Assembly (NCBI GenBank): GCA_965363405.1
Contig: CBDTTR010000001.1
Span: 1 to 44,047 of the forward strand
DNA length: 44,047 bases
Source of the DNA: an uncultured bacterium
GTDB taxonomy: Bacteria > Desulfobacterota > WTBG01
Direction: 5' to 3'
The position numbers and the translations under genes are program-made. Below are positions 17,854 through 26,009 of this stretch, piece after piece. Under the pieces are notes generated by a model that ran no database searches, had not been told where the DNA came from, and saw nothing but the letters and a program-made list of their open reading frames with translations. Each line of letters opens with the position of its first letter. Positions within the stretch are counted from its first letter, which is position 1.

Positions 17854-18621
17854 ATGGATGTAGCTACACTTTTAGGTGTTGTCTCAGGTTTCTCCCTGGT
17901 AATCATTGCTATAAAAATGGGTGGTGGACTGATTTGGTTTGTGAATATACCCTCTTTGATGATCGTAATGGGTGGAACCTTTGCAATTACCCTCATCAAC
18001 TATCCACTCTCTGATGTCTTAGGTGTGATGAAGGTATTGAAAAACGCCTTTCTTTACAAAGTCCCCCAGCTCACAGCTATGCTTCCTAAGATTGTTGGTC
18101 TTTCCAGAGTTGCGAGGCGTGATGGGATTCTGGCGATGGAAAAGGAAGTTAAAAAGATAAATGAGCCTTTTTTAGGTAAAGGAGTGGAACTGGCAGTTGA
18201 TGGTGTGGAACCTGATACCATAAGAAATATATTGGAAAATGAACTCTTCTTTACTGAGGATCGCCATAAGAAAGGGGCAGAAATATTTACGGTAATGGGC
18301 ACAATGGCCCCGGCTATGGGAATGATAGGTACCTTGATTGGTCTGGTGAATATGTTAATGGTGATGGATGATCCCAAGTCAATTGGCCCTGCCATGGCTG
18401 TTGCCTTGATTACCACCTTTTACGGTTCTGTTTTGGCGAACCTGGTCTTCATACCTATTGCAGGGAAATTGAAGGTACGCAGAGAAGATGAGTCAAAGTA
18501 TAAACAATTGATTATAGAAGGGGTCACCTCCATTCAGTTTGGAGACAATCCACGGGTAGTTGAACAGAAGCTAAATACTTATCTTTCGCCCGGTGAACAG
18601 AAGTCAGTTCCTAAAAAGTAA
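17854..18621 (+). CDS. motA: stator protein MotA
   Basis: 255 aa with four TM segments. Conserved C-terminal TM3/TM4 region MGMIGTLIGLVNML ... PAMAVALITTFYGSVLANLVFIPIA. Confidence 0.93.
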   Translation: MDVATLLGVVSGFSLVIIAIKMGGGLIWFVNIPSLMIVMGGTFAITLINYPLSDVLGVMKVLKNAFLYKVPQLTAMLPKIVGLSRVARRDGILAMEKEVKKINEPFLGKGVELAVDGVEPDTIRNILENELFFTEDRHKKGAEIFTVMGTMAPAMGMIGTLIGLVNMLMVMDDPKSIGPAMAVALITTFYGSVLANLVFIPIAGKLKVRREDESKYKQLIIEGVTSIQFGDNPRVVEQKLNTYLSPGEQKSVPKK

Positions 18622-18634
18622 TCTAAAAAGTAAT
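18611..18634 (+). repeat. perfect 12-bp tandem duplication CTAAAAAGTAAT x2 spanning the motA stop codon
   Basis: Copies at 18611-18622 and 18623-18634. The second copy re-creates KK-stop in frame. Confidence 0.9.
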
Positions 18635-18641
18635 CGGATCG

Positions 18642-19427
18642 ATGGCTGAAGAAAGCGGACAAAAAAAAAGGGAGAATGATGAATCAGGAGGTGGTGGAAC
18701 CCCAGCCTGGCTCACTACCTATTGTGATTTGATGACCCTGATGCTTTCATTCTTTGTTATCTTGGTTTCATTCGCTACCTTTGAAGAAGGGAGGATTGTT
18801 AAGTTGGTTGGTTCTTTTAGGGGAGCCTTCAAAGTTCTTCCCGGAGGTTATAAAACAGATCCGGGAGAGGAGGTAATTGAACCGGGGAAGGAAATGGTTC
18901 AGAGCTTTAGGGAATCTGGTAAGATATTAACCAGAATGAGAGGGGTAGTTGCAAAGGAGGGGCTTAATCAGGGAGTGGAACTTATGATGACAGGCAAGGG
19001 GTTTGAAGTATTCATTGCTGATTATGTACTATTTGGTTTGCAACCGAAAAACGCAGGCATCGTTCCTGAAATGGAGCCGTTTTTGGATGAACTGGCTGAG
19101 ATTATCCTTCAAAAACAGTATTTAGTAAGAATTGAGGGGCATACCGATGATCGCTATGTTAGAACAGAACAATTTCCTTCCAGTTGGGAGTTATCTACAA
19201 CTAGAGCAGTCAACGTCCTTAAATATTTTGTCGAAAGGGGAGGGATTTCACCTTTGAGATTATCGGCTGCAGGATTTGGTAAACACCGGCCCCTCTTTCC
19301 TAATGATACACCGGAACAACGGGCTAAAAACAGGCGAGTAATGATACATCTGGAACAAAGCGACTTAGCAGATAAAGTGCTTGTAGAAGAGCCTTTATTT
19401 AAGAAAGGTGTAGTGAAGGATCTTTGA
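18642..19427 (+). CDS. motB: stator protein MotB (paralogue 1)
   Basis: N-terminal TM with the essential Asp (TTYCDLMTLMLSFFVILVSF). C-terminal OmpA-like peptidoglycan-binding domain (IEGHTDD...FPSSWELSTTRA...NRRVMI). Confidence 0.9.
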   Translation: MAEESGQKKRENDESGGGGTPAWLTTYCDLMTLMLSFFVILVSFATFEEGRIVKLVGSFRGAFKVLPGGYKTDPGEEVIEPGKEMVQSFRESGKILTRMRGVVAKEGLNQGVELMMTGKGFEVFIADYVLFGLQPKNAGIVPEMEPFLDELAEIILQKQYLVRIEGHTDDRYVRTEQFPSSWELSTTRAVNVLKYFVERGGISPLRLSAAGFGKHRPLFPNDTPEQRAKNRRVMIHLEQSDLADKVLVEEPLFKKGVVKDL

Positions 19428-19545
19428 TTTTAACCGGTTAGAAAAAGACATTGCCATAATGGCGGAGTAAAAAAGAAGCAAGATGTTTGATTGGATTTAA
19501 TGCCCGTCAAAGTTTTATAACAGTTTTGGTTAGAGAAGAGGAGCG

Positions 19546-20259
19546 ATGGCTAAAAGGAAAAGCGAAGAAGAAGCAGCAGATACAATGAAATGGATGGTGA
19601 CTTTTTCAGACCTGATAACACTTCTGCTCACCTTTTTTGTTTTATTACTTACCATGTGTTCTCTTGAGGCAGGTAAAGTTGAGCAGTTTCAGGCCGCTTG
19701 TAGTGAAGCTATGGGGGTGCTGCTTGAAGGAAAGTACTCAGAAGTACAGGAAAGAATCATAACATCATCAAAGAGGCATATAGATGAGCAGGCATTAAAA
19801 ATGGAAAATATCTTGAAACAGTTTTCAGGTATAAAAACGATGTTGATAAGTGAAGATAAGGGAGGGAGATTAAATTTTAAAGAGCTTGAAAGGGGGTTGA
19901 GCATCATAATAAGAGATGATTTGCTTTTCGGCTCGGGAAAATCAGAAATCAACCCGGAAGGCATATCCGTGCTAAGGGATATTGGTAGTAAGTTTGGAAA
20001 TTTTGAGGGTAAGGTGATAGTAGAAGGTCATACAGATAATATTTCTATTAGCACAGAGAAGTTTCCCTCCAACTGGGAGCTTTCTATCTCCCGGGCAGTA
20101 AATATTGTAAAGTTTTTGGCTGAGGAAGTGGGAGTAAAACCGATGAAGATGTCTGCTGTGGGGTATGCTGACACCAAACCGGTGGTTTCTAATGATACAC
20201 CAGAAAACCGGCGCAGAAACAGAAGGGTAGAGATAATTTTAGTACCACAAATAATATAG
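19546..20259 (+). CDS. MotB-like stator protein (paralogue 2)
   Basis: TM with Asp (VTFSDLITLLLTFFVLLL). OmpA-like domain (VEGHTDN...FPSNWELSISRA...NRRVEI). No second motA is present. Confidence 0.88.
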   Translation: MAKRKSEEEAADTMKWMVTFSDLITLLLTFFVLLLTMCSLEAGKVEQFQAACSEAMGVLLEGKYSEVQERIITSSKRHIDEQALKMENILKQFSGIKTMLISEDKGGRLNFKELERGLSIIIRDDLLFGSGKSEINPEGISVLRDIGSKFGNFEGKVIVEGHTDNISISTEKFPSNWELSISRAVNIVKFLAEEVGVKPMKMSAVGYADTKPVVSNDTPENRRRNRRVEIILVPQII

Positions 20260-20274
20260 GGAGGTGACAATCAA

Positions 20275-20775
20275 ATGGCAGAAAAGGAAAAGGGAAAAGA
20301 AAAGGAAAAGGTTGAAGAAGCACCGCCAGAGAAAGGGAGTAACATAAAATGGATTATTATTGCAATAGTAGTCCTGCTGGTTTTAGGAGGAGGTGGTTTC
20401 GTCAGCTGGAAGACATTCTTGAATCCTGCGCAGGAGGATGGCAATAAAGAGGATAAACCCGTAAGGGTTCAGCTGGGCCCTACTTTTCCTCTGGAAGTGT
20501 TTATTGTAAATCTGGCAGGTACTTCTGGCGAGCGATATCTCAAAGTGAACCTGGAACTGGAGCTTAAAGAAAGTTCGTTGGCAGCGGAGTTGCAAAAGAG
20601 AAGCCCGCAGATTAGGGATACCATATTGCTCCTGCTTTCTGGTAAGACCTTTGAGGATGTAGCAACATTTAAGGGCAAGACGAGAATCCGCAATGAGATT
20701 ACCGCGAGACTGAATACCCTTTTAGAACCCGGTTCAATCAAGAAGGTTTATTTTACGGAATTTGTGGTGCAGTAG
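20275..20775 (+). CDS. fliL: flagellar basal-body-associated protein FliL
   Basis: Short charged N-terminus, single TM (WIIIAIVVLLVLGGGGFV), FliL domain (ERYLKVNLELEL...IRNEITARLN). Confidence 0.9.
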   Translation: MAEKEKGKEKEKVEEAPPEKGSNIKWIIIAIVVLLVLGGGGFVSWKTFLNPAQEDGNKEDKPVRVQLGPTFPLEVFIVNLAGTSGERYLKVNLELELKESSLAAELQKRSPQIRDTILLLLSGKTFEDVATFKGKTRIRNEITARLNTLLEPGSIKKVYFTEFVVQ

Positions 20776-20819
20776 AATTTAACAAGTAGTGTAATACTAT
20801 AACCTGTTGGAGAATAACA

Positions 20820-21800
20820 ATGAGTCAAGTTTTGTCTCAGGATGAGGTTGATGCCTTGCTAAGCGGGATTTCCGGAGGTGAGGTTGAAACAGGAACGGAT
20901 AAACTGCCTGATACTTCAGGGATAAAGGTTTATGATCTAACCAGCCAGGAGAAAGTAGTCAGAGGAAGGATGCCCGTCTTAGAGTTGATCAGTGACCGGT
21001 TTTCTCGCTCGATGCGCACATCCCTTGCTTGTACCTTGAGGAAGCCTGTTGGGGTTACGGTTATCTCAAATGATATGATGAAGTACGGTGATTTTTTAAG
21101 CAACTTGCCTCTTCCAACCAGCCTCAACATATTGCGAATGGAACCTTTGAAGGGGAATATCCTTCTGGTGTTGGAATCGAAGCTTGTCTTTTTCCTGGTT
21201 GATATCTTGTTCGGAGGAAGCGGGGGAGAGACCTATAAGATTGAAGGAAGAGAATTTAGCAATATTGAAAACAGGTTAGTCAGAAATATCGTCGATGTTA
21301 TGATGAATGATCTTAAAGAAGCATGGAAAAATGTTCTGCCTGTTTCTCTCCATTTTGTAAGGTCAGAGATTAATCCGCAGTTTGCTGCCATAGTTCCTTC
21401 TGATGATATTGTATTGGTTATAAATTTTGAGTTGGAGATGGAAAGCTCTACAGGAAAGGTAACCCTCTGTTTACCCTACGCTGTCTTGGAACCCATCAAA
21501 GATAAACTACAGGGACTTGTCCAGACTGATCAATTAGAAGTGGACAGTATTTGGACAGAGAGGTTTAGGAACCGCTTGAAGGAAGTTCCTGTAGAGATTG
21601 TAGTGGAACTGGGAAAGGCTGATGTAACGGGAAGAGAGGTGTTGGATCTAAACATAGGAGACGTTATTCAGTTGGATACCTATTCCAAAGATAAACTTAT
21701 GGTAAAAGTAGAAAATGGTATCAAGTTTGCAGGTTACCCTGGTTTTCATAGAGGTAATCAGGCGATACAGATATCCAATACTGTTGAAAGGAGGTATTAA
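20820..21800 (+). CDS. fliM: switch protein FliM
   Basis: N-terminal CheY-P docking peptide LSQDEVDALL. FliM middle domain and C-terminal SpoA-like domain. Confidence 0.95.
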   Translation: MSQVLSQDEVDALLSGISGGEVETGTDKLPDTSGIKVYDLTSQEKVVRGRMPVLELISDRFSRSMRTSLACTLRKPVGVTVISNDMMKYGDFLSNLPLPTSLNILRMEPLKGNILLVLESKLVFFLVDILFGGSGGETYKIEGREFSNIENRLVRNIVDVMMNDLKEAWKNVLPVSLHFVRSEINPQFAAIVPSDDIVLVINFELEMESSTGKVTLCLPYAVLEPIKDKLQGLVQTDQLEVDSIWTERFRNRLKEVPVEIVVELGKADVTGREVLDLNIGDVIQLDTYSKDKLMVKVENGIKFAGYPGFHRGNQAIQISNTVERRY

Positions 21801-21801
21801 A

Positions 21802-22302
21802 ATGTCTGACGAAGAAACCCTTAAGGAACAAAATTCAGAGGAGGCAAAAGCAGTTGATGGTGGTGAGGAAAAGAGATCGGATGAGGCAAAAACTGCAGAG
21901 GAACAGGAAGACAAGATGAAGGATGAAGGAGTAAAAACAGCCGAGGATACAAAAGCAGCTGGAGATAGTAAGGCCAGGACAAAAGTTGAGGCAAAAGCAG
22001 CGCAGTTTTCTAATGTTCAGGATGCAGGTAAATCTGCGGAACAGAAGAGTATCGATTTTGTCTTAGATCTCCCGTTGCAGGTTACTGTAGAACTGGGACG
22101 CACCCAGATGTTGATTAATGATTTGCTCCGGTTAGGGCAGGGTTCAGTAGTTGAATTATCCAAGCTGGCAGGGGAACCCATGGAAGTTTTGGTTAACCAG
22201 AAGCTGGTAGCTCGCGGAGAGGTGGTAGTAGTCAATGAAAAGTTTGGGGTGCGCCTGACTGATGTCATAAGTCCGTTGGAAAGGGTTGAGCAACTCAGAT
22301 AG
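21802..22302 (+). CDS. fliN: switch protein FliN (K/E/A-rich N-terminal extension)
   Basis: ATG at 21802 follows a GGAGG RBS and sits 1 nt after the fliM stop; the track start at 21715 lies inside fliM. C-terminal SpoA domain LDLPLQVTVELGRTQMLINDLLRLGQGSVVEL...VVVNEKFGVRLTDV. Confidence 0.92.
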   Translation: MSDEETLKEQNSEEAKAVDGGEEKRSDEAKTAEEQEDKMKDEGVKTAEDTKAAGDSKARTKVEAKAAQFSNVQDAGKSAEQKSIDFVLDLPLQVTVELGRTQMLINDLLRLGQGSVVELSKLAGEPMEVLVNQKLVARGEVVVVNEKFGVRLTDVISPLERVEQLR

Positions 22303-22323
22303 CTAAGAAAGAAAGGTGATCGA

Positions 22324-22827
22324 ATGGATATTGAGACCAATCTCATTAATGCAGTAACTTTTTCTCAACCCGATTTTTATTCCACTGCAATCAGGACATT
22401 TTCGATCTTGTTTATTATTTTGGCAGTGATTCTAATCGGCTCGTACCTAGCCAAGCGTTTCTGGCCTAAAGGTTCAGGGCTTATGGGGAGTAATCAATGG
22501 ATTAAAGTTATTGCTGCCAGCTACATTGCTCCAAAAAAGACGATTAGCCTGGTTGAAGTAGCAGGAGAAATACTGGTTCTGGGTCTTACAGATAGCCAGA
22601 TTACTATGCTCACCAAAATTAACGATGAACATAGGATTAGTCATCTTAAAAAATGTCAGGAGAAAACTAACGCAAAATCCCCTTTTTATCAGCAGTTCAA
22701 ATTTTTAATCAATGGGTGTGAACATGAAAGGGAAAAGGAGGCAGTGTTCCTCCATAAGATTACGAGCAACCCTCACGAAAACAACAAGGTGATTGAAAAG
22801 ATTAATATGCCTGGTATCAAAACCTGA
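22324..22827 (+). CDS. fliO: export gate-associated protein FliO
   Basis: Single TM (IRTFSILFIILAVILIGSYLA) followed by ISLVEVAGEILVLGLTDSQITML. Positioned before fliP. Confidence 0.7.
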   Translation: MDIETNLINAVTFSQPDFYSTAIRTFSILFIILAVILIGSYLAKRFWPKGSGLMGSNQWIKVIAASYIAPKKTISLVEVAGEILVLGLTDSQITMLTKINDEHRISHLKKCQEKTNAKSPFYQQFKFLINGCEHEREKEAVFLHKITSNPHENNKVIEKINMPGIKT

Positions 22828-22836
22828 TTATTAGTT

Positions 22837-23601
22837 ATGAACAAAAGAAAAAATATTCTATTAATTTTCGTTTTTTTGGTTTTTTTTAACGCTATCTTCT
22901 CACCAGCCTATGGTCAGTCAGTAGCTATCCCTAACATTCACATAGCTATAGGAGAATCAGAGGATCCTGGTGATTTGGCAGTAACCTTGAAGATTATGTT
23001 GCTGCTTACGGTTCTGTCTATAGCTCCCACCATTCTTATTATGCTCACCTCTTTTACCAGAATGGTAGTGGTCTTTTCTTTTCTGAGGCAGGCTATGGGT
23101 ACTCAGCAGATGCCTCCTAATCAGGTTATTGTAAGCTTAGCCCTTTTTCTTACCTTCTTTATCATGACACCGGTCTGGCAAGAGATTAATAGCAACGCTC
23201 TTCAGCCCTTTTTGGCAAAGGAAGTTTCCTATGAGGTAGCGTTGGAGAGTGCGGCTAAACCCCTTAAGAAATTTATGCTAAAGCAAACGAGGGAGAAAGA
23301 CTTATCACTTTTGCTAAAGATTGCAAAGACAAATAAACCTAAGACTGTTTCTGATATCCAGTTGACCACACTCATTCCTGCTTTTGTGATTAGTGAATTG
23401 AGAATTGCCTTTCAGATCGGATTTTTAGTTTATGTACCATTTCTTATTCTCGATATGGTGGTAGCCAGTGTATTGCTTTCTATGGGCATGATGATGCTGC
23501 CCCCCATTATGATCTCCTTGCCGTTTAAACTGTTGCTGTTCGTGCTGGTTGATGGCTGGTATTTAATTGTAGGTTCTTTAATAAAAAGCTTTGCTGTATG
23601 A
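22837..23601 (+). CDS. fliP: export gate protein FliP
   Basis: Signal peptide plus conserved RMVVVFSFLRQAMGTQQMPPNQV and FVISELRIAFQIGFLVYVPFLILDMVVASVLLSMGMMMLPP. Confidence 0.96.
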   Translation: MNKRKNILLIFVFLVFFNAIFSPAYGQSVAIPNIHIAIGESEDPGDLAVTLKIMLLLTVLSIAPTILIMLTSFTRMVVVFSFLRQAMGTQQMPPNQVIVSLALFLTFFIMTPVWQEINSNALQPFLAKEVSYEVALESAAKPLKKFMLKQTREKDLSLLLKIAKTNKPKTVSDIQLTTLIPAFVISELRIAFQIGFLVYVPFLILDMVVASVLLSMGMMMLPPIMISLPFKLLLFVLVDGWYLIVGSLIKSFAV

Positions 23602-23676
23602 TCTATTTATACAGGAAGCCTCTTTTTACAAAATGATTCAGGGACTATAGGATGGGCTGTGGTGGCTAAAATGATA

Positions 23677-23733
23677 CTGGATACTGGTTGCTGGATGCTA
23701 GATAAAATAAAAACTGGACATGTACATCCAGCA
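23677..23733 (+). repeat. three tandem heptamers (CTGGATA CTGGTTG CTGGATG) overlapping a 9-bp-stem hairpin in the fliP-fliQ spacer
   Basis: Heptamers at 23677-23697. TGCTGGATG (23689-23697) pairs with CATCCAGCA (23725-23733) across a 27-nt A-rich loop. Confidence 0.5.
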
Positions 23734-23777
23734 TCTTGTCCACGCAAAATGCGCTAAGCTCTTTAGAGGTATTACTT

Positions 23778-24047
23778 ATGACACCAGAATTTATAGTAGG
23801 ATTTGGGAAGGAAGTAGTTTGGGTAACGTTACTGGTATCGGCTCCCATGCTCCTTTGCGGCCTGATTGTAGGACTGGTCGTTAGTATATTTCAAGCAGTC
23901 ACTCAGGTTCACGAGATGACCTTGACCTTTATTCCAAAGATAGTAGCGGTGATGGCCGCATTGGTGATTTTTTTCCCCTGGATGATGAGGGTACTACTCG
24001 ATTTTACGGAGAAACTTTTTGTTAATATACCAATGTATATTCGTTAG
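23778..24047 (+). CDS. fliQ: export gate protein FliQ
   Basis: The ATG at 23778 (AGAGG RBS) gives the canonical 89 aa: MTPEFIVGFGKEVVWVTLLVSAPMLL... The track start at 23736 adds 14 atypical residues. Confidence 0.93.
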   Translation: MTPEFIVGFGKEVVWVTLLVSAPMLLCGLIVGLVVSIFQAVTQVHEMTLTFIPKIVAVMAALVIFFPWMMRVLLDFTEKLFVNIPMYIR

Positions 24048-24062
24048 CAAAGGAGCACTTAC

Positions 24063-24842
24063 TTGATGAGCCTTTTTAGCCTTCCGCTACCGCAGGTTCA
24101 AGCCGCCGTTCTGGTCTTTATCAGAACAGGAGCAATTCTTATAACTGCGCCTCTTTTTGGCAGTAGGAATGTACCGTTAAAGTTGAAAGCAGGCTTGTCT
24201 CTTGTTCTGACATTGGCCATTTTCCCATTAGTGGGTTTCAAGGAAGTTTATTTAGCAAGTGTTCCCTCTCTGGTGTCCGCTATGGCAGGAGAGGTTCTTA
24301 TTGGAGTCATTATTGGGTTCACTGCAAGACTTATTTTTGCTGCGGTACAGTTAGCAGGAGAACTGGTAGGTTTTCAGATGGGTTTTGGTATTGTTAATGT
24401 TATTGACCCTCAGACCAGCACTCAGTTTTCTATCATCGCACAGTTCCAGAACATAATAACACTCCTCATATTTCTGGCACTGGATGCTCATTATTGGTTT
24501 ATCCTGGCAATTTCAAAGAGTTTTGAATTGATACAACCTCTTGGGTTTTGTTTCACTGACTCTCTGATGGAGACTATTATTAGTTTATCCTGTGATATGT
24601 TTGTAATCGCTGCCAAGGTAGCAGCTCCTGTTATTGCTGTGCTTTTTTTCACCAGTGTTGCTTTGGGATTGATAGCCAGAACGGTTCCTCAGATGAACAT
24701 ATTCATCGTGGGATTTCCTGTTAAGATTGCTATAGGACTTTTGGGGATTGGATTCTCACTTCCACTCCTTTCTTACCTGCTGAGAAACCTTTTTCAGAGA
24801 ATGGGTGGTGACATCATTTTATTAATGAAACTGATGTCATGA
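24063..24842 (+). CDS. fliR: export gate protein FliR
   Basis: 259-aa polytopic membrane protein with VLVFIRTGAILITAPLFG. TTG at 24063 or ATG at 24066, after an AAGGAG RBS. Confidence 0.93.
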   Translation: MMSLFSLPLPQVQAAVLVFIRTGAILITAPLFGSRNVPLKLKAGLSLVLTLAIFPLVGFKEVYLASVPSLVSAMAGEVLIGVIIGFTARLIFAAVQLAGELVGFQMGFGIVNVIDPQTSTQFSIIAQFQNIITLLIFLALDAHYWFILAISKSFELIQPLGFCFTDSLMETIISLSCDMFVIAAKVAAPVIAVLFFTSVALGLIARTVPQMNIFIVGFPVKIAIGLLGIGFSLPLLSYLLRNLFQRMGGDIILLMKLMS

Positions 24843-24923
24843 GTTGTGACCAGCATTTTTGATATGGTTAGATAACAAGTAATAAGTGGAATTTCTTATT
24901 CTGTAATTTTAGGAGTTTTCTTA

Positions 24924-26009
24924 ATGTCAAGAGGATCAGATCAGGAAAAGACGGAGTCTGCTACTCCGAAGCGGCTGCAAGAAATGAGGGAAAAAGGACA
25001 GGTTGCAAAGAGCAGAGAAGTTCCTTCTGTTGCAGTTTTAATCGCAAGCCTGCTCGTTTTCTATTTCCTGGGATCCACCATGGTTAAACAGCTCATGGAT
25101 ATGATGCAGTGGGTGTTTAGTAGTTCAGGAAGCTTACAGATTGAGGAAGCAAACCTCCAATGGTTGCTAATAGAGCTCTTAGGCAGAGGATTAAAGGTTG
25201 TGGCCCCCCTGTTAATGGCATTGGTGGCCATGGGGTTGGTATCTAACTATCTTCAAGTGGGTTTTCTGTTTTCCTTCCAATCTATAGTACCCAAGTTTTC
25301 CAAACTGGATCCCATCAAGGGTTTTACCAAGATGTTTTCCAAGCAAACCCTGGTGGAACTGGTAAAGAATATTTTCAAAGTGATGATTGTTGGATGTGTG
25401 GCCTACCTTACAGTTAAGGGTGAGCTTAATCATATTATCCCCCTGATGGATATGGAGGTCTGGTCTGTTCTGTCCTATATCGGGGGTGTATGTTTTAAGA
25501 TAATGCTTCGCACCTGCTGGGTGCTTGTTGTTTTGGCACTTCTGGACTATGTCTTTCAGAGGTGGGACTTTCAACAAGAAGGCAAGATGACAAAACAGGA
25601 AGTTAAAGATGAGTTTAAACAAAGGGAAGGAGATCCGCTAATAAAGTCCAGGGTAAGACAGGTACAAAAAGAGATGGCAAGAAGACGAATGATGGAAGCA
25701 GTACCCAAAGCGGATGTGGTTATTACCAACCCTTCTCACTTGGCAATAGCGCTGGAATATAACGCTCAACAAATGACGGCTCCCAAAGTGATTGCCAAAG
25801 GAACCCGGCTGATGGCGGAACGCATCAGGGAGGTAGCCAGAAAAAACCAGGTTCCCATTATGGAAAACAAACCTTTGGCTCAAGCACTGTTTGGCAGTGT
25901 TGAGGTAGGCCAGGAAATTCCTATGGTGTTCTATAAGGCAGTAGCAGAAATTCTCTCGTATGTCTATCGACTCAAAAACAAGAGGATGTTATATGACTCG
26001 GCAAATTGA
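24924..26009 (+). CDS. flhB: export switch protein FlhB
   Basis: N-terminal EKTESATPKRL, four TM segments, and an autocleavage-site region reading NPSH (25728-25739) instead of the canonical NPTH. Confidence 0.96.
   Translation: MSRGSDQEKTESATPKRLQEMREKGQVAKSREVPSVAVLIASLLVFYFLGSTMVKQLMDMMQWVFSSSGSLQIEEANLQWLLIELLGRGLKVVAPLLMALVAMGLVSNYLQVGFLFSFQSIVPKFSKLDPIKGFTKMFSKQTLVELVKNIFKVMIVGCVAYLTVKGELNHIIPLMDMEVWSVLSYIGGVCFKIMLRTCWVLVVLALLDYVFQRWDFQQEGKMTKQEVKDEFKQREGDPLIKSRVRQVQKEMARRRMMEAVPKADVVITNPSHLAIALEYNAQQMTAPKVIAKGTRLMAERIREVARKNQVPIMENKPLAQALFGSVEVGQEIPMVFYKAVAEILSYVYRLKNKRMLYDSAN

Noticed and set aside
23677-23700. TGGATACTGGTTGCT and TGGTTGCTGGATGC in the fliP-fliQ spacer as sigma54 promoters.
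   Set aside because: GG-to-GC spacing is 9 nt in both registers, not 10.
23671-23757. 28-codon ORF (MILDTGCWMLDKIKTGHVHPASCPRKMR) with a GGTGG SD in the fliP-fliQ spacer.
   Set aside because: It is too short to evaluate without conservation or translation data and overlaps the repeat/hairpin that more simply explains the sequence. It is kept only as a note within the spacer finding.
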